A stretch of DNA of 64,000 bases from NCBI GenBank assembly GCA_963749535.1, contig CAVVNF010000026.1:86948-150947 (forward strand). The letters are read 5' to 3'. The translations under genes and the position numbers were made by a program. This DNA is from an uncultured Thermoleophilia bacterium (lineage in GTDB: Bacteria > Actinomycetota > Thermoleophilia > RBG-16-64-13). This document shows, one piece after another, positions 40,556 to 50,544 of this stretch. Under the pieces are notes generated by a model, which was not told where the DNA came from, made no database searches, and saw only the letters and a list, made by a program, of their open reading frames with translations. Position 1 is the first letter of the stretch, and each line of letters starts with the position of its first letter.

Positions 40556-40981
40556 CTACCGCCAGAGTGAGAGCCCGGTGGCGGGGTCGGGCACGCGGCT
40601 CACAACGGCTCCCGAGAGGGTCTGAAGCATGATCTCCATGTTGAAGACGAGCGTGTCGTAGGCCAGGTGGCCACCCCAGCACTTGCCTTCCTCATCGGAG
40701 AGGGTGACATGCACATGCACCATCGGCTGCCCGTTGAGAAGCGACACGTTGCCCACGAGGTTCACCACCTCGAGATGTTGTTCCAGTTGCAGATCGTCCC
40801 ACTCGTGGTCTACTTGATCGTAGTATCGGAGGGTGGCTCGAGACACGGCGCCCATACCCGACAGCCAGGCCAGATTGATCCCGGCGTCCCGGACGTATTT
40901 CTCGAGTTCCTTAAGCAGGTCACTCTCTGCCGCCGGACGCAGGATGTGCACGGGACCGGCTGTCGCTTCGGCTTTGTACAT
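40556..40981 (-). CDS. PPC/DUF296 domain protein (putative DNA-binding)
   Basis: About 140 aa with a DUF296-like pattern (GPVHILR...GMGAVSRATLRYYD...GHLAYDTLVF). Confidence 0.55.
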   Translation of the reverse strand: MYKAEATAGPVHILRPAAESDLLKELEKYVRDAGINLAWLSGMGAVSRATLRYYDQVDHEWDDLQLEQHLEVVNLVGNVSLLNGQPMVHVHVTLSDEEGKCWGGHLAYDTLVFNMEIMLQTLSGAVVSRVPDPATGLSLWR

Positions 40982-41017
40982 GTTGACGCTCCCGTCGCTC
41001 TCTAATGCTCGGTCCGC

Positions 41018-42139
41018 TCAGTCGTCCCACTTGAACTCGGGCGAGGTGTGTTGGTCCCAGATCTCTTCTGTGGCGTCCTCGAGAGCCTGTTCCTCCTCCG
41101 GCGTCATGTCGGTGATGAGCGCAGAGGGGTCGCTCAATAGTGCCACCTCGAGCTCAGAGGCATCGATTCTGCCGTCCTCGTCGACGATGGTGTTCGACTC
41201 CTTGAAGTGACTTGCCAATTCGGCGAGGTCCATCCCCTCTCTGAAGAGGCTGACCCTCTGTTCCTGGGGTAGGTCGCGCGCAAGATCCACAACAAATTGG
41301 TACCAGACAATATCCCAGGCTACCGTCACAAAGACGCGGATCCCGTGGCCGGCGATCCTGGATAGGTTCGCGCGTGGCTTGCCCAAACTCCGCCTCACCC
41401 CGCGGATCTTGTCCACGAAGGCGCTGTCGTTGAAGTAGCGCTGGGTAAGCTGAACAGCCTCCAAGGTGAAGCCGTGGGGGGTCTCTTCAGGAGCTGGCGG
41501 AGGTACTGGCGCGGGCCCCGTCGAGACTGCGGCGGTCGGTGGAGGCGGACCCGCGGGGGCAGCCGACAGTGGGGCTGCCGGCGCCACAACCGCTGAGGGC
41601 TGTTCTTGGTCGGCTTCACCGGACACCGGCTGGGCGACTGCCGCCGGGGGCGCGCTACTGACCATCAGTCCTTCGGTGTCCTGCAGCCGCTTGCGTGTTT
41701 GCTCAAGCTCGCGTTCCAAGGTGTGGAGCCTATTCTCGAGCCTGCCCGTCTCGTCGGACGAATGGACCAGCACTTCGGCAGCGAAGCGCTCCAACGAAGA
41801 CGCCAGCCTCTCGAGTGCCGACTGTACGTCCTTTTGGAGTGCGATGAGGTCGGTCACCGGCATCAGGAGCTCTTCCGTCAAGTCCCTGCCAACTACTTCA
41901 CCTGGCGACTTAACGCGGCTTCTGCCAGCTTCTGGGAAAGCCCCTTGGTTTGCGTGCGTGCGGGAAGCGGGCTCGCTGTTGTCCGCGGGAGCGGTTCCCT
42001 GGGCGCCCGCTGCGCATTCGCGGCAGATGCAGACCTGGCGGCCGTCCGCGAACTCCTTGATCACGAGCTCATCGATGAGGTCCGCGCCGCAGATCTCGCA
42101 GCGACCCTCGACCGCAGACGAGTCTTTCGGGAAAGCCAT
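41018..42139 (-). CDS. Hypothetical protein: N-terminal zinc-ribbon (CxxC...CxxC), coiled-coil, Pro/Ala-rich linker, conserved C-terminal domain
   Basis: CEICGAD...CICRECAAG, then LENRLHTLERELEQTRKRLQD coiled coil. First gene of a three-gene minus-strand operon with the DUF296 and HIT genes. Confidence 0.4.
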   Translation of the reverse strand: MAFPKDSSAVEGRCEICGADLIDELVIKEFADGRQVCICRECAAGAQGTAPADNSEPASRTHANQGAFPEAGRSRVKSPGEVVGRDLTEELLMPVTDLIALQKDVQSALERLASSLERFAAEVLVHSSDETGRLENRLHTLERELEQTRKRLQDTEGLMVSSAPPAAVAQPVSGEADQEQPSAVVAPAAPLSAAPAGPPPPTAAVSTGPAPVPPPAPEETPHGFTLEAVQLTQRYFNDSAFVDKIRGVRRSLGKPRANLSRIAGHGIRVFVTVAWDIVWYQFVVDLARDLPQEQRVSLFREGMDLAELASHFKESNTIVDEDGRIDASELEVALLSDPSALITDMTPEEEQALEDATEEIWDQHTSPEFKWDD

Positions 42140-42378
42140 GATTCATGCCTCCTGCCCAAACACGTGCGCACAAGCAGGTCCGGGAATGCGGAATGATGGT
42201 TGCAATTCAGTATAGCAGCCAGCCATCCCGCCTCGCTCTCACGGTCTGACTCGGGTCCGGTGTTGGTTCGACTCAGGCCTCTGTCGGGTCCTCGACACGG
42301 GGCAGCATGCTAGACTTTTTTCGTATCCTGCTTCTGCCATCGACGCGCTCGGCAATTTGCCCGAAAGGTCGGAGAGGG

Positions 42379-42609
42379 ATGATCGACGTGCGGCTTTTCG
42401 CTAACCTTACGGCTGGCGCGGACCACGATCGGACCGAGCTCCAAGTGATCGCGCGCCCGGGTCTCACCGTGAGAGGCGTCGCTGAGCAGGAAGAGATAAG
42501 GCTCGCGGACATCCAGATGATCCTGGTCAACGGAAGGCGGGCGAACATCGACACTCCCTTGGCTGACGGCGACCGGCTAGGGCTGTTCCCGGCGGTCGGC
42601 GGTGGCTGA
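42379..42609 (+). CDS. MoaD/ThiS-family ubiquitin-like small protein ending in Gly-Gly
   Basis: 77 aa: MIDVRLFANL...ADGDRLGLFPAVGGG-stop, a pattern matching MoaD (DGD..FPPV.GG). The track ORF starts at 42307. Confidence 0.6.
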   Translation: MIDVRLFANLTAGADHDRTELQVIARPGLTVRGVAEQEEIRLADIQMILVNGRRANIDTPLADGDRLGLFPAVGGG

Positions 42610-43174
42610 CCCCACGCTTGCACGTGAGGTTTGGTTCGCCGGCGTCCACGTCACCCTGGTCGAGGGTGACATCACCGCCCAGGAGGTGGACGGCATAGTG
42701 AACGCGGCCAACTCGGGACTTGTGGGCGGAGGCGGCGTGGACGGCGCGATCCACCGAGCAGGCGGCGCCATCATCCTTGAAGAGGGCAAGCGGATCATCC
42801 GGCTGCGTAGCCCTCTCGCCGCGGGAGACGCTGTGTCGACGAGCGCTGGACGCCTGCCGGCCAGGCGAGTGATCCACGCGGTGGGACCGGTGTGGCGCGG
42901 CGGTGGCCGAGGCGAAGAGTCGGCTCTTGCCAGGGCATACTCTTCGAGTCTCCAGGTGGCCCGGGAGGAGGGACTGGGAAGCGTGGCCTTCCCATCGATC
43001 TCCACGGGAGCCTACGGCTATCCGGTCGACCAAGCCGCCCGCGTTGCCTTGAATGCGGTTAGACGGTCGCTCGAGAGCGGCCGGGGTTCTTTGTCGGAAG
43101 TGCGTTTTGTCCTCTTCGACCCCGCTACGTCGGCGGCTTACCTGGCCGCGTTCCAGGAGACTTTCGAAGAGTAG
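42602..43174 (+). CDS. Macro domain protein (ADP-ribose / O-acetyl-ADP-ribose processing, YmdB-like)
   Basis: VNAANSGLVGGGGVDGAIHRAGG...AFPSISTGAYGYP. Its ATG overlaps the MoaD-like stop by 8 nt. Confidence 0.8.
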   Translation: MADPTLAREVWFAGVHVTLVEGDITAQEVDGIVNAANSGLVGGGGVDGAIHRAGGAIILEEGKRIIRLRSPLAAGDAVSTSAGRLPARRVIHAVGPVWRGGGRGEESALARAYSSSLQVAREEGLGSVAFPSISTGAYGYPVDQAARVALNAVRRSLESGRGSLSEVRFVLFDPATSAAYLAAFQETFEE

Positions 43175-43212
43175 CGGCCGCTCTTGCTCGAATGCGACTA
43201 TGCCACCTCTGG

Positions 43213-43740
43213 CTAGGGCTTGGTCTTGCAGGTGAAAGCTTGGATCCGCACCGCATGTACCCAGGTCCGCGCGAGTGTTCGGTCCTCAACTCGGACCTCT
43301 GCACCAGCCGCTTCGTACTTCTCAACGATGAGACGAAGCGCGCGCGTGGCGTCCGAGGGCACGGTCAAACGCCGTGCTTCTCCGAAGATGAGGATCGATC
43401 GGTAATGAAACGTGTCCTGGCATGCGCTTTTCCCACGGACGAACGCCGTCCCGGCGGTGACAGCAATGCAGACCCTGGGGTCGCGCTCTAGCGCCTGAGA
43501 CTTCTTCCCCGGTCCGCCATGGAAGAGGATCTCGCCGCCGGCGTACGTGAAACTGACGGGCACTACATACGGCCCATCCTGGTCGACCATCCCTACGTAT
43601 GCCACTGGAGCTGTGAGCAGCACTCGCTCGGCCCATTCCGGCAGTTGGGGACTATCGGCGTGCGGAACACGCCCGGGTGGGGGAGTCTCGCTGCTGTCTT
43701 CCGTGTGCGCCAAAGCCGTCCTCCGCCTAAGAGGGGTCAC
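43213..43740 (-). CDS. Pyridoxamine 5'-phosphate oxidase-like FMN-binding split-barrel protein
   Basis: 175 aa with a PNPOx-like pattern (VAYVGMVDQDGPYVVPVSFTY...ILFHG). Confidence 0.55.
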   Translation of the reverse strand: MTPLRRRTALAHTEDSSETPPPGRVPHADSPQLPEWAERVLLTAPVAYVGMVDQDGPYVVPVSFTYAGGEILFHGGPGKKSQALERDPRVCIAVTAGTAFVRGKSACQDTFHYRSILIFGEARRLTVPSDATRALRLIVEKYEAAGAEVRVEDRTLARTWVHAVRIQAFTCKTKP

Positions 43741-43864
43741 GCCTGGTGCTGAGGTGCAACATTAGCGCATATAATGGGCCGGCGAGAGACCTGGCCTTGG
43801 CGACCTGGTGCGTGTGGCACATGTCGCTCGGGCTTAGGCCACACGGCCACGATTCGGAGGAGCG

Positions 43865-45052
43865 GTGAAGTATCTCATTCTCATCATCGACGGCGCGTCG
43901 GGCTGGCCGGCGCCGGCTTTGGACGGATGGACCTCTCTCGAGGCCGCTCATATCCCGAACCTGGATCGCTTGGCTCGCGAGGGTGTGGTGGGCTTGGCGC
44001 ACAACGTACCCGAAGGGATGGAAGCATCCAGCGCCGTTGCATGCTTGAGCGTGATGGGCTTCGACCCAGTCGCCTACTACGCCGGCCGCGGGCCGGTAGA
44101 AGCGATGGCTATGGGCGTCGATCTCGAGCCGGGACAAGTCGCGATGCGCTGCAACCTTGTCACGATCCAGGACGGGCTCATGAAGAGCTACGCGGCCGGA
44201 CACATCACGTCCGCGGAATCTCGCGAGCTGGTCGAGGCTCTTCAGGCACGATTGGGCGACGAGCGGATACGTTTCCATCCGGGGGTGGGATTCCGTCACA
44301 TCGTCACGGTGCGCGATGGCGGCGATCTGCTGGCGACCGAGTTCACGGCCCCCCATGACATTACGGGCCGGCCTGTCGCAGGCGAGCTGCCCAGGGGGAG
44401 GGGGGCGAGTGTCGCCCAAGCGATCATGAACGATTCGGCGGAGATCCTCGCCGATCACCCGGTGAATCGAGCACGGGTGGCGCGAGGAGAACTGCCCGCC
44501 ACTCAGGTATGGCTCTTCTGGCCGGGAGAGCGTCCCGGAGCGATGCCCTCCTTCTCGGAACTGTACGGCGTCTCCGCGGCCATGAGCTCGGCTGTGGATC
44601 TACTGCGCGGTCTGGCGAAGCAGGCCCGCGTGGACTTCCTTGATATTTCCGGTGTCACCGACGGGAACGACAATGACTACCAGGCCCAAATGACCGGTTG
44701 CATCGAGGCTTTGGGCACTCACGACGCGGTCTTCGTTCACGTTGAGGCTCCCGATGAAGCCTCACACGTGGGTGATGCGGCTGCCAAGGTGCAGGCTATC
44801 GAGCAGGTCGACGCGTTGATGGTGCCGCAGGCCATCGCTCGTAAGGACCTGTGCCTGTTGGCGATGCCGGATCACCCTACACCACTCGCGGTGATGACAC
44901 ACGTGGCGGAGCCGGTGCCGTTCATCCTCTGGGGCGCGGGCTTCAAGCCGAATGGGGCGCACGCGTACACCGAGGCGGAGGCCCGAGCAATGGGACTCGT
45001 CATTGCTCCGGGCCATCTGTTGATGCGGCGTCTACTGAGCCGGCCCTGCTAG
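43865..45052 (+). CDS. apgM: Cofactor-independent phosphoglycerate mutase, archaeal type (ApgM family)
   Basis: 395 aa: LILIIDGASGW...HIPNLDRLA...GSxxA...HVEAPDEASH, typical of the ApgM / phosphopentomutase-like alkaline phosphatase superfamily. Confidence 0.7.
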   Translation: MKYLILIIDGASGWPAPALDGWTSLEAAHIPNLDRLAREGVVGLAHNVPEGMEASSAVACLSVMGFDPVAYYAGRGPVEAMAMGVDLEPGQVAMRCNLVTIQDGLMKSYAAGHITSAESRELVEALQARLGDERIRFHPGVGFRHIVTVRDGGDLLATEFTAPHDITGRPVAGELPRGRGASVAQAIMNDSAEILADHPVNRARVARGELPATQVWLFWPGERPGAMPSFSELYGVSAAMSSAVDLLRGLAKQARVDFLDISGVTDGNDNDYQAQMTGCIEALGTHDAVFVHVEAPDEASHVGDAAAKVQAIEQVDALMVPQAIARKDLCLLAMPDHPTPLAVMTHVAEPVPFILWGAGFKPNGAHAYTEAEARAMGLVIAPGHLLMRRLLSRPC

Positions 45053-45097
45053 TGCGTCGGTCCTGAGAGTCTCGGTCCGAACAATCAGTCAGCCCTG

Positions 45098-45280
45098 CTA
45101 GTCGGGCATCTTCTCGAATTCGTCTTTGCTCGCACCACAGTCCGGGCATTCCCAGTCATCGGGAAGATCTTCGAAGGCCGTGCCGGGTGCGATCTGCTGG
45201 GTCGGATCACCCGCGGCCGGATCGTAGATGTAGCCACAAAGAAGGCATTGCCACCTTTCCACGGTTTCTCCTTTCGTCAT
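45098..45280 (-). CDS. rub: Rubredoxin
   Basis: [11 protein letters not shown]...[13 protein letters not shown]: two CxxCG knuckles, 60 aa. Confidence 0.9.
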   Translation of the reverse strand: MTKGETVERWQCLLCGYIYDPAAGDPTQQIAPGTAFEDLPDDWECPDCGASKDEFEKMPD

Positions 45281-45768
45281 CGGTTCGTGTAGGCATGATA
45301 TCGGCCTCGACGGTCAAGCGCCAAGCCGCTGGCACGGCATGTTGCCCGCGTGACCCCAGCGCCGGGCCGCACTGGAAGCGGCGGACGATGAAGTAGACGC
45401 GCGAAGGTTGATGCCCGGACCGCGGCCTTTGGACTTCTTGACTTGATAGCGGGGCGTTCTGTAGCATGAGGCGTTGGATTGAGCCTGGTCGAACGCGCTG
45501 CCGGGCAAGCCGAAAGCAGTGCTGTCTGCGCCCCGGGGAGGGGCTGGTGACGTTCTTGGAGCGTCGTTGGAAGGATTCCGATTTCTCCCTGCGGTCGTAC
45601 TGGGGATGATTGGTCGTGCCTTAGGCCGGCCGGCCACTCCTGAGAGGCGAGTACGCGTGCCTTCGGGTGGGTTCGGTCCGCTCCGAGCTCCTGGTCGTAG
45701 GTCGGGCCAGAGAGGGTGGGGGAGTGAGAATCACTACTGGTATGAGGAGCAAGAAGGAGGCTCGCTGA

Positions 45769-48297
45769 ATGGAAGGTAAACCGCCCGGAAAATCCACGCG
45801 CCGCTGGAAGAGGTTCGCGCTCTTCTTTGGTGCGCTTGCATTTTCGACCCTCGCTTTTGCTCCGATGGCCCTCGCCGCTACGTCCACCTCCGGTGAGGCC
45901 AGCCTGGTCCTCCCGAAGCTCAATCTGGTCAAGTTCCACGGTATCACCGGCCAGCTGCTGCTCACACTTGGCCTCATTATCTGCGCACTGGGCCTCATCT
46001 TCGGCATGGTCATTTACCGGAGTCTGAAGGCAATGCCGGTGCACCGGTCGATGCGAGAGATCTCCGAGCTCATCTACCAGACCTGCAAGACCTACCTCTT
46101 GAAGCAAGGCCAGTTCTTGATCCTTTTGTGGGTCTTCATCGCAATCGTCATCGGCGTGTATTTCGGCGTGCTCAGTCACTACCCCGGACTCAAGGTGTTC
46201 ATCATCCTCGTGTTCAGCGTGATCGGCATCGTCGGGAGCTACGGCGTGGCCTGGTTCGGGATCCGGGTGAACAACTTCGCCAACTCCCGTACGGCTTTCG
46301 CCAGCCTGCGCGGCAAGCCTTACAAACTCCACGCGATCCCACTTCGTTCGGGCATGAGCGTCGGCATGATGCTGATCAGCGTGGAACTGATAATCATGCT
46401 GATCATCTTGCTGTTCATCCCGCGGGACTATGCGGGCGCATGCTTTATCGGCTTCGCCATCGGTGAGTCGCTTGGAGCCTCGGCACTGCGGATCGCGGGC
46501 GGTATCTTCACCAAGATCGCCGACATCGGGTCCGACCTCATGAAGATCGTCTTCAACATCAAAGAAGACGATGCGCGTAACCCGGGCGTGATCGCAGACT
46601 GCACGGGTGACAACGCGGGCGACTCGGTCGGTCCCAGCGCCGACGGCTTCGAGACCTATGGGGTCACGGGCGTCGCGCTCATCACCTTCATCATTCTGGC
46701 GATCATTCCCTCCGTGTTCACCGGAAAAGGCATGGCGCCCGATGTGGCAGCGCAGACCGCACTGATGGTGCAGGTCTCGCTACTCGTGTGGATCTTCGCG
46801 ATGCGGGTCATGATGATCATCACCGCCGGTCTGTCGTACTTCATTAACGCCGCCATATCCAAGGCGCGGTACCAGAACGTCAACAAGATGAACTTCGAAG
46901 CCCCGCTGACCTCTCTGGTCTGGCTCACGTCGCTCATAGGGGTGGCCTTCACGTTCGTCGTCTCCTGGGCCCTCATCGGCGGCAGCACCCAGATCGGCAA
47001 GTTGGACGGCAGCCTGTGGTGGAAGCTCTCGATCATCATCACTATGGGTACTCTGGCGGGCGCGATTATTCCCGAGCTCGTCAAGGTCTTCACGTCCACC
47101 AAGTCCGCCCACGTGCGTGAGGTCGTTGCCTCGGCCAGGGAAGGTGGGTCTTCTCTCGATATCCTCTCCGGTCTGGTGGCCGGCAACTTCAGCGCCTACT
47201 ACCTCGGCTTCACGATCATGGTGCTTATGGGCATCGGCTATCTGGTCAGTACGCAAGGAGTCGGCAACATCATGCTGGCTCCGGCCGTCTTCGCCTTCGG
47301 TCTCGTGGCCTTCGGCTTTCTCGGCATGGGTCCGGTGACCATCGCGGTGGACTCCTATGGACCCGTCACCGACAACGCTCAGTCCGTGTATGAGCTCTCG
47401 GTCATCGAATCGATCCCGAACGTCGCGGCTGAGATAAAGGGCGACTTCGGCTTCGATCCCGATTTCTCGGTAGCCAAAGATAATCTCGAGGAGAACGATG
47501 GCGCCGGGAACACGTTCAAGGCGACAGCCAAGCCGGTGCTGATCGGCACGGCCGTCGTCGGGGCGACGACCATGATCTTCTCTATCATTATGGCGCTCAC
47601 CAACGGTCTCACGACCGGCCTCTCGAACCTGTCGATCCTGCACCCACCGTTCCTCTTGGGGATCATCATGGGCGGCGCAATGATCTACTGGTTCACGGGC
47701 GCGTCCACCCAGGCGGTCACGACCGGGGCGTATCGCGCGGTGGAGTTCATCAAGCGCAACATCCGGCTTGACGAGGGCGAGACCAAAGCCTCCGTGGAGG
47801 ACAGCCGCAAAGTGGTGGCTATCTGCACGCAGTATGCACAACGCGGGATGATCAACATCTTCCTTGCTGTGTTCTTCGGCACGCTGGCCTTCGCTTTCCT
47901 GGAGCCGTTCTTCTTTATCGGTTACCTGATCTCGATCGCCGCTTTCGGCTTGTTCCAAGCGATCTTCATGGCTAACGCCGGGGGTGCCTGGGACAATGCT
48001 AAGAAGATCGTGGAAGTCGATCTCAAAGAGAAGGGCACCGAACTCCATGCCGCCACGGTTGTCGGTGACACCGTGGGCGACCCGTTCAAGGACACTTCGT
48101 CTGTAGCCATGAACCCGATCATCAAGTTCACCACCCTGTTCGGCCTCCTGGCTGTGGAATTGGCGGTTAGCATCTCCGACAAGCAAGGTCACACTCTGAC
48201 TTACATCCTTGCGGCGGTGTTCTTCCTGATCTCGGTTACTTTTGTCGCGCGCTCGTTCTACTCGATGCGCATCAAGAGGGAGGCCGTCGAAGCCTAA
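45769..48297 (+). CDS. hppA: Membrane-bound H+/Na+-translocating pyrophosphatase (M-PPase) with N-terminal signal-like extension
   Basis: GIFTKIADIGSDLMKIV, ADCTGDNAGD, GDTVGDPFKDT and AGGAWDNAKK motifs; 842 aa. Confidence 0.9.
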   Translation: MEGKPPGKSTRRWKRFALFFGALAFSTLAFAPMALAATSTSGEASLVLPKLNLVKFHGITGQLLLTLGLIICALGLIFGMVIYRSLKAMPVHRSMREISELIYQTCKTYLLKQGQFLILLWVFIAIVIGVYFGVLSHYPGLKVFIILVFSVIGIVGSYGVAWFGIRVNNFANSRTAFASLRGKPYKLHAIPLRSGMSVGMMLISVELIIMLIILLFIPRDYAGACFIGFAIGESLGASALRIAGGIFTKIADIGSDLMKIVFNIKEDDARNPGVIADCTGDNAGDSVGPSADGFETYGVTGVALITFIILAIIPSVFTGKGMAPDVAAQTALMVQVSLLVWIFAMRVMMIITAGLSYFINAAISKARYQNVNKMNFEAPLTSLVWLTSLIGVAFTFVVSWALIGGSTQIGKLDGSLWWKLSIIITMGTLAGAIIPELVKVFTSTKSAHVREVVASAREGGSSLDILSGLVAGNFSAYYLGFTIMVLMGIGYLVSTQGVGNIMLAPAVFAFGLVAFGFLGMGPVTIAVDSYGPVTDNAQSVYELSVIESIPNVAAEIKGDFGFDPDFSVAKDNLEENDGAGNTFKATAKPVLIGTAVVGATTMIFSIIMALTNGLTTGLSNLSILHPPFLLGIIMGGAMIYWFTGASTQAVTTGAYRAVEFIKRNIRLDEGETKASVEDSRKVVAICTQYAQRGMINIFLAVFFGTLAFAFLEPFFFIGYLISIAAFGLFQAIFMANAGGAWDNAKKIVEVDLKEKGTELHAATVVGDTVGDPFKDTSSVAMNPIIKFTTLFGLLAVELAVSISDKQGHTLTYILAAVFFLISVTFVARSFYSMRIKREAVEA

Positions 48298-48359
48298 TCT
48301 AGCCGCCTGCTGATCCGGCCGGGGTTCTGAGTTAGGACCGCGGCGGTAAGAGACTGACA

Positions 48360-48393
48360 GGGGCCGCCTGCCGCGAACGCGGCAGGCGGCCCC
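48360..48393 (+). terminator. Perfect 15-bp GC hairpin downstream of hppA (no U-tract)
   Basis: GGGGCCGCCTGCCGCG-aac-GCGGCAGGCGGCCCC read directly. Confidence 0.4.
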
Positions 48394-48411
48394 GCCCATG
48401 AGTACGGGCGA

Positions 48412-48461
48412 GTGACACCAGCTGTCAGTCGAAGGAGTGACACTAGCTGTCAATCGAGGAA
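48412..48461. repeat. Two tandem 25-bp direct repeats, each containing the palindrome TGACA-N5-TGTCA (operator-like)
   Basis: Copy 1 is GTGACACCAGCTGTCAGTCGAAGGA and copy 2 is GTGACACTAGCTGTCAATCGAGGAA (22/25 identical). Confidence 0.5.
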
Positions 48462-48560
48462 GTTGTTGTTATTCTTAGACGTTCTTGGCGCGGGGCGGTG
48501 TAGCTCAAGAGCCGCGGCCACCGTGGGGACGTGCGAGTGCGTGAAAGGGACTGATCGGGC

Positions 48561-50458
48561 TTGGCTTCGACGGCTCAGATGATCAAGCGGGTATTGGTTG
48601 GGCGGCCCATCCCGACTTCCGAAGAGCACCGCACTCGGCTATCCAAGCTCATCGCCCTCCCCGTCTTTTCGTCAGACGCCATATCTTCGACGGCATATGC
48701 CACGGAAGAGATTCTCATAGTCCTGATAGCTGGCCGGCACAGTCGCTCTTCATTATGCCTTGCCCATAAGTCTTGCGGTAGCCGGATTGCTCGCGATCGT
48801 CGCGCTGTCCTACCAGCAGACCATCCACGCCTACCCTTCAGGCGGGGGATCGTACATCGTCAGCACCGCGAACCTCGGAAGGTACCCAGGCATGACCGCC
48901 GCCGCCTCGCTCATGATCGACTACGTGATGACGGTGGCCGTGAGTGTGGCTTCCGGGGTGGCCGCCGTGGACTCAGCCTTCCCATCGCTCTATCCCTATC
49001 GAGTCGGTGATCTCTGTAGTTGTCATAGCCATTGTTGCTCTCGCCAACCTGCGGGGGCTACGAGAATCCGGAAGGATCTTCGCTGCGCCCACCTATGCCT
49101 TTATTCTCTTGTGCGGGGGGCTGGTTGTGGTGGGAACCATACGTTGGCTGACTGGCAGTCTGCACCCCGTGGTGTATCCCGGAGTAGTCGTTCCACAGAC
49201 CGGACTGACTATCTTCCTAATACTGAGAGCGTTTTCTGGCGGCTGCAGCGCCATGACCGGGACCGAAGCCATATCGAACGGAGTGCCTGCCTTTAAACCA
49301 CCAGAAAGCCGAAACGCCGCAATTACGCTGGGGATCATGGCGGCTATCCTGGGGTTCCTCCTTGTCGGCGTCACCCATCTGGCCCAAGTGCTGCAGCTTC
49401 ACTCGGTGGCGACGGATACTGTTCTGAGTCAAATCGGGCGGGCGGTCTACGGTAACGGCGGATTCCTCTATTTCGCGCTGCAAATAGCAACCATGGCAAT
49501 CTTGTTCCTTGGTGCCAATACCAGCTTCGCGGACTTTCCTCGTCTTTCGTCAATCCTGGCGCGTGACGGTCTGATGCCGCGACAGTTCATGAACCGGGGA
49601 GATAAGCTGGCGTTCTCAAACGGCATCGTAGGCCTGGCGGTGCTCGCGATCGTGATCGTGATCGCATTCGGCGCGAGCGTCAATAGCATGATCCCGCTGT
49701 ACGCGGTGGGGGTCTTCGTAAGCTTCACTCTCTCGCAATCAGGGCATGGTGGTGCACTGGTTCAGGCTGAAGAGCGATGGTTGGCGCCACAGGGCGGCGA
49801 TGAACGCATTTGGGCGCAGTACTGACAGGAGTAGTCTCTGCAGTGGTCTTGTTCGCTAAGTTCCTCCAGGGTGCGTACATCGTTCTGGGCGCGGCGATTG
49901 TCTTGGTCCTGGTCTTCTCCTACATCAAGCGACATTACGACAAGGTGTCGCGTTTTCTCGAACCGCAAAGCGAAGAGCGCCTGGAGCGCCTCGGCAGAAT
50001 CGCCATCTCGAAACCGCGCACAACGGTCGTGCTGTTCGTTTCCCAGGTGAATGAGCTTACGGCCCGGGCTCTAGCTCTCGGGACGGGGGCTTTCCCCGGA
50101 CGATTTCCACGCTGCCACCATCACCAGTGATCCCGTTTCGCTGGCAAAACTCGAGCACACGTGGGAGGAGATGGACATCGACGTACCGCTCAAGGCCGTG
50201 GAGTCTCCGTTCCGCGAGTTCACTCGGCCAGCTGTCGAGTATGTTCGCTCGCTCGAGCCTGGTCCCAACCATACTGTGACGGTGATAATCCCGGAGCTGG
50301 TGGTGGAGCATTGGTGGGACAATCTGCTTCACAACCAGAATGCACTCCGGCTGAAGGCGGCGTTGCTGGGCGTACCCTGGGTTGTGGTGATCAGCATCCC
50401 CTTCCATATCGGCGTGACTGATGCCGAGGAGATCTTCCCTGCGGAGGACCCGTCCTAG
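48561..50458 (+). pseudogene. APC-superfamily permease paralog (tandem duplicate of the downstream gene), disrupted by multiple frameshifts
   Basis: Homologous segments are spread over ORFs 48561-49010, 48760-49296, 48944-49825, 49810-50130 and 50171-50458 in different frames. The N-terminus MIKRVLVGRPIPTSEEH...SSDAISSTAYATEEIL parallels the intact copy. Confidence 0.7.
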
Positions 50459-50544
50459 GCAACATCGAAAGTTGCTCTCAATGTCGCGGAGGACCGCTGC
50501 CCTTGATAGACTCCAAGACTCTCTGATCACGACTGCCGGAGAAA

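Noticed and set aside
45277-46332. 351-aa minus-strand ORF upstream of and overlapping the hppA start
   Set aside because: Low-complexity composition with no homology signal; it overlaps the M-PPase N-terminus in antisense.
46780-48453. 557-aa minus-strand ORF
   Set aside because: Antisense to hppA, whose signature motifs are on the plus strand.
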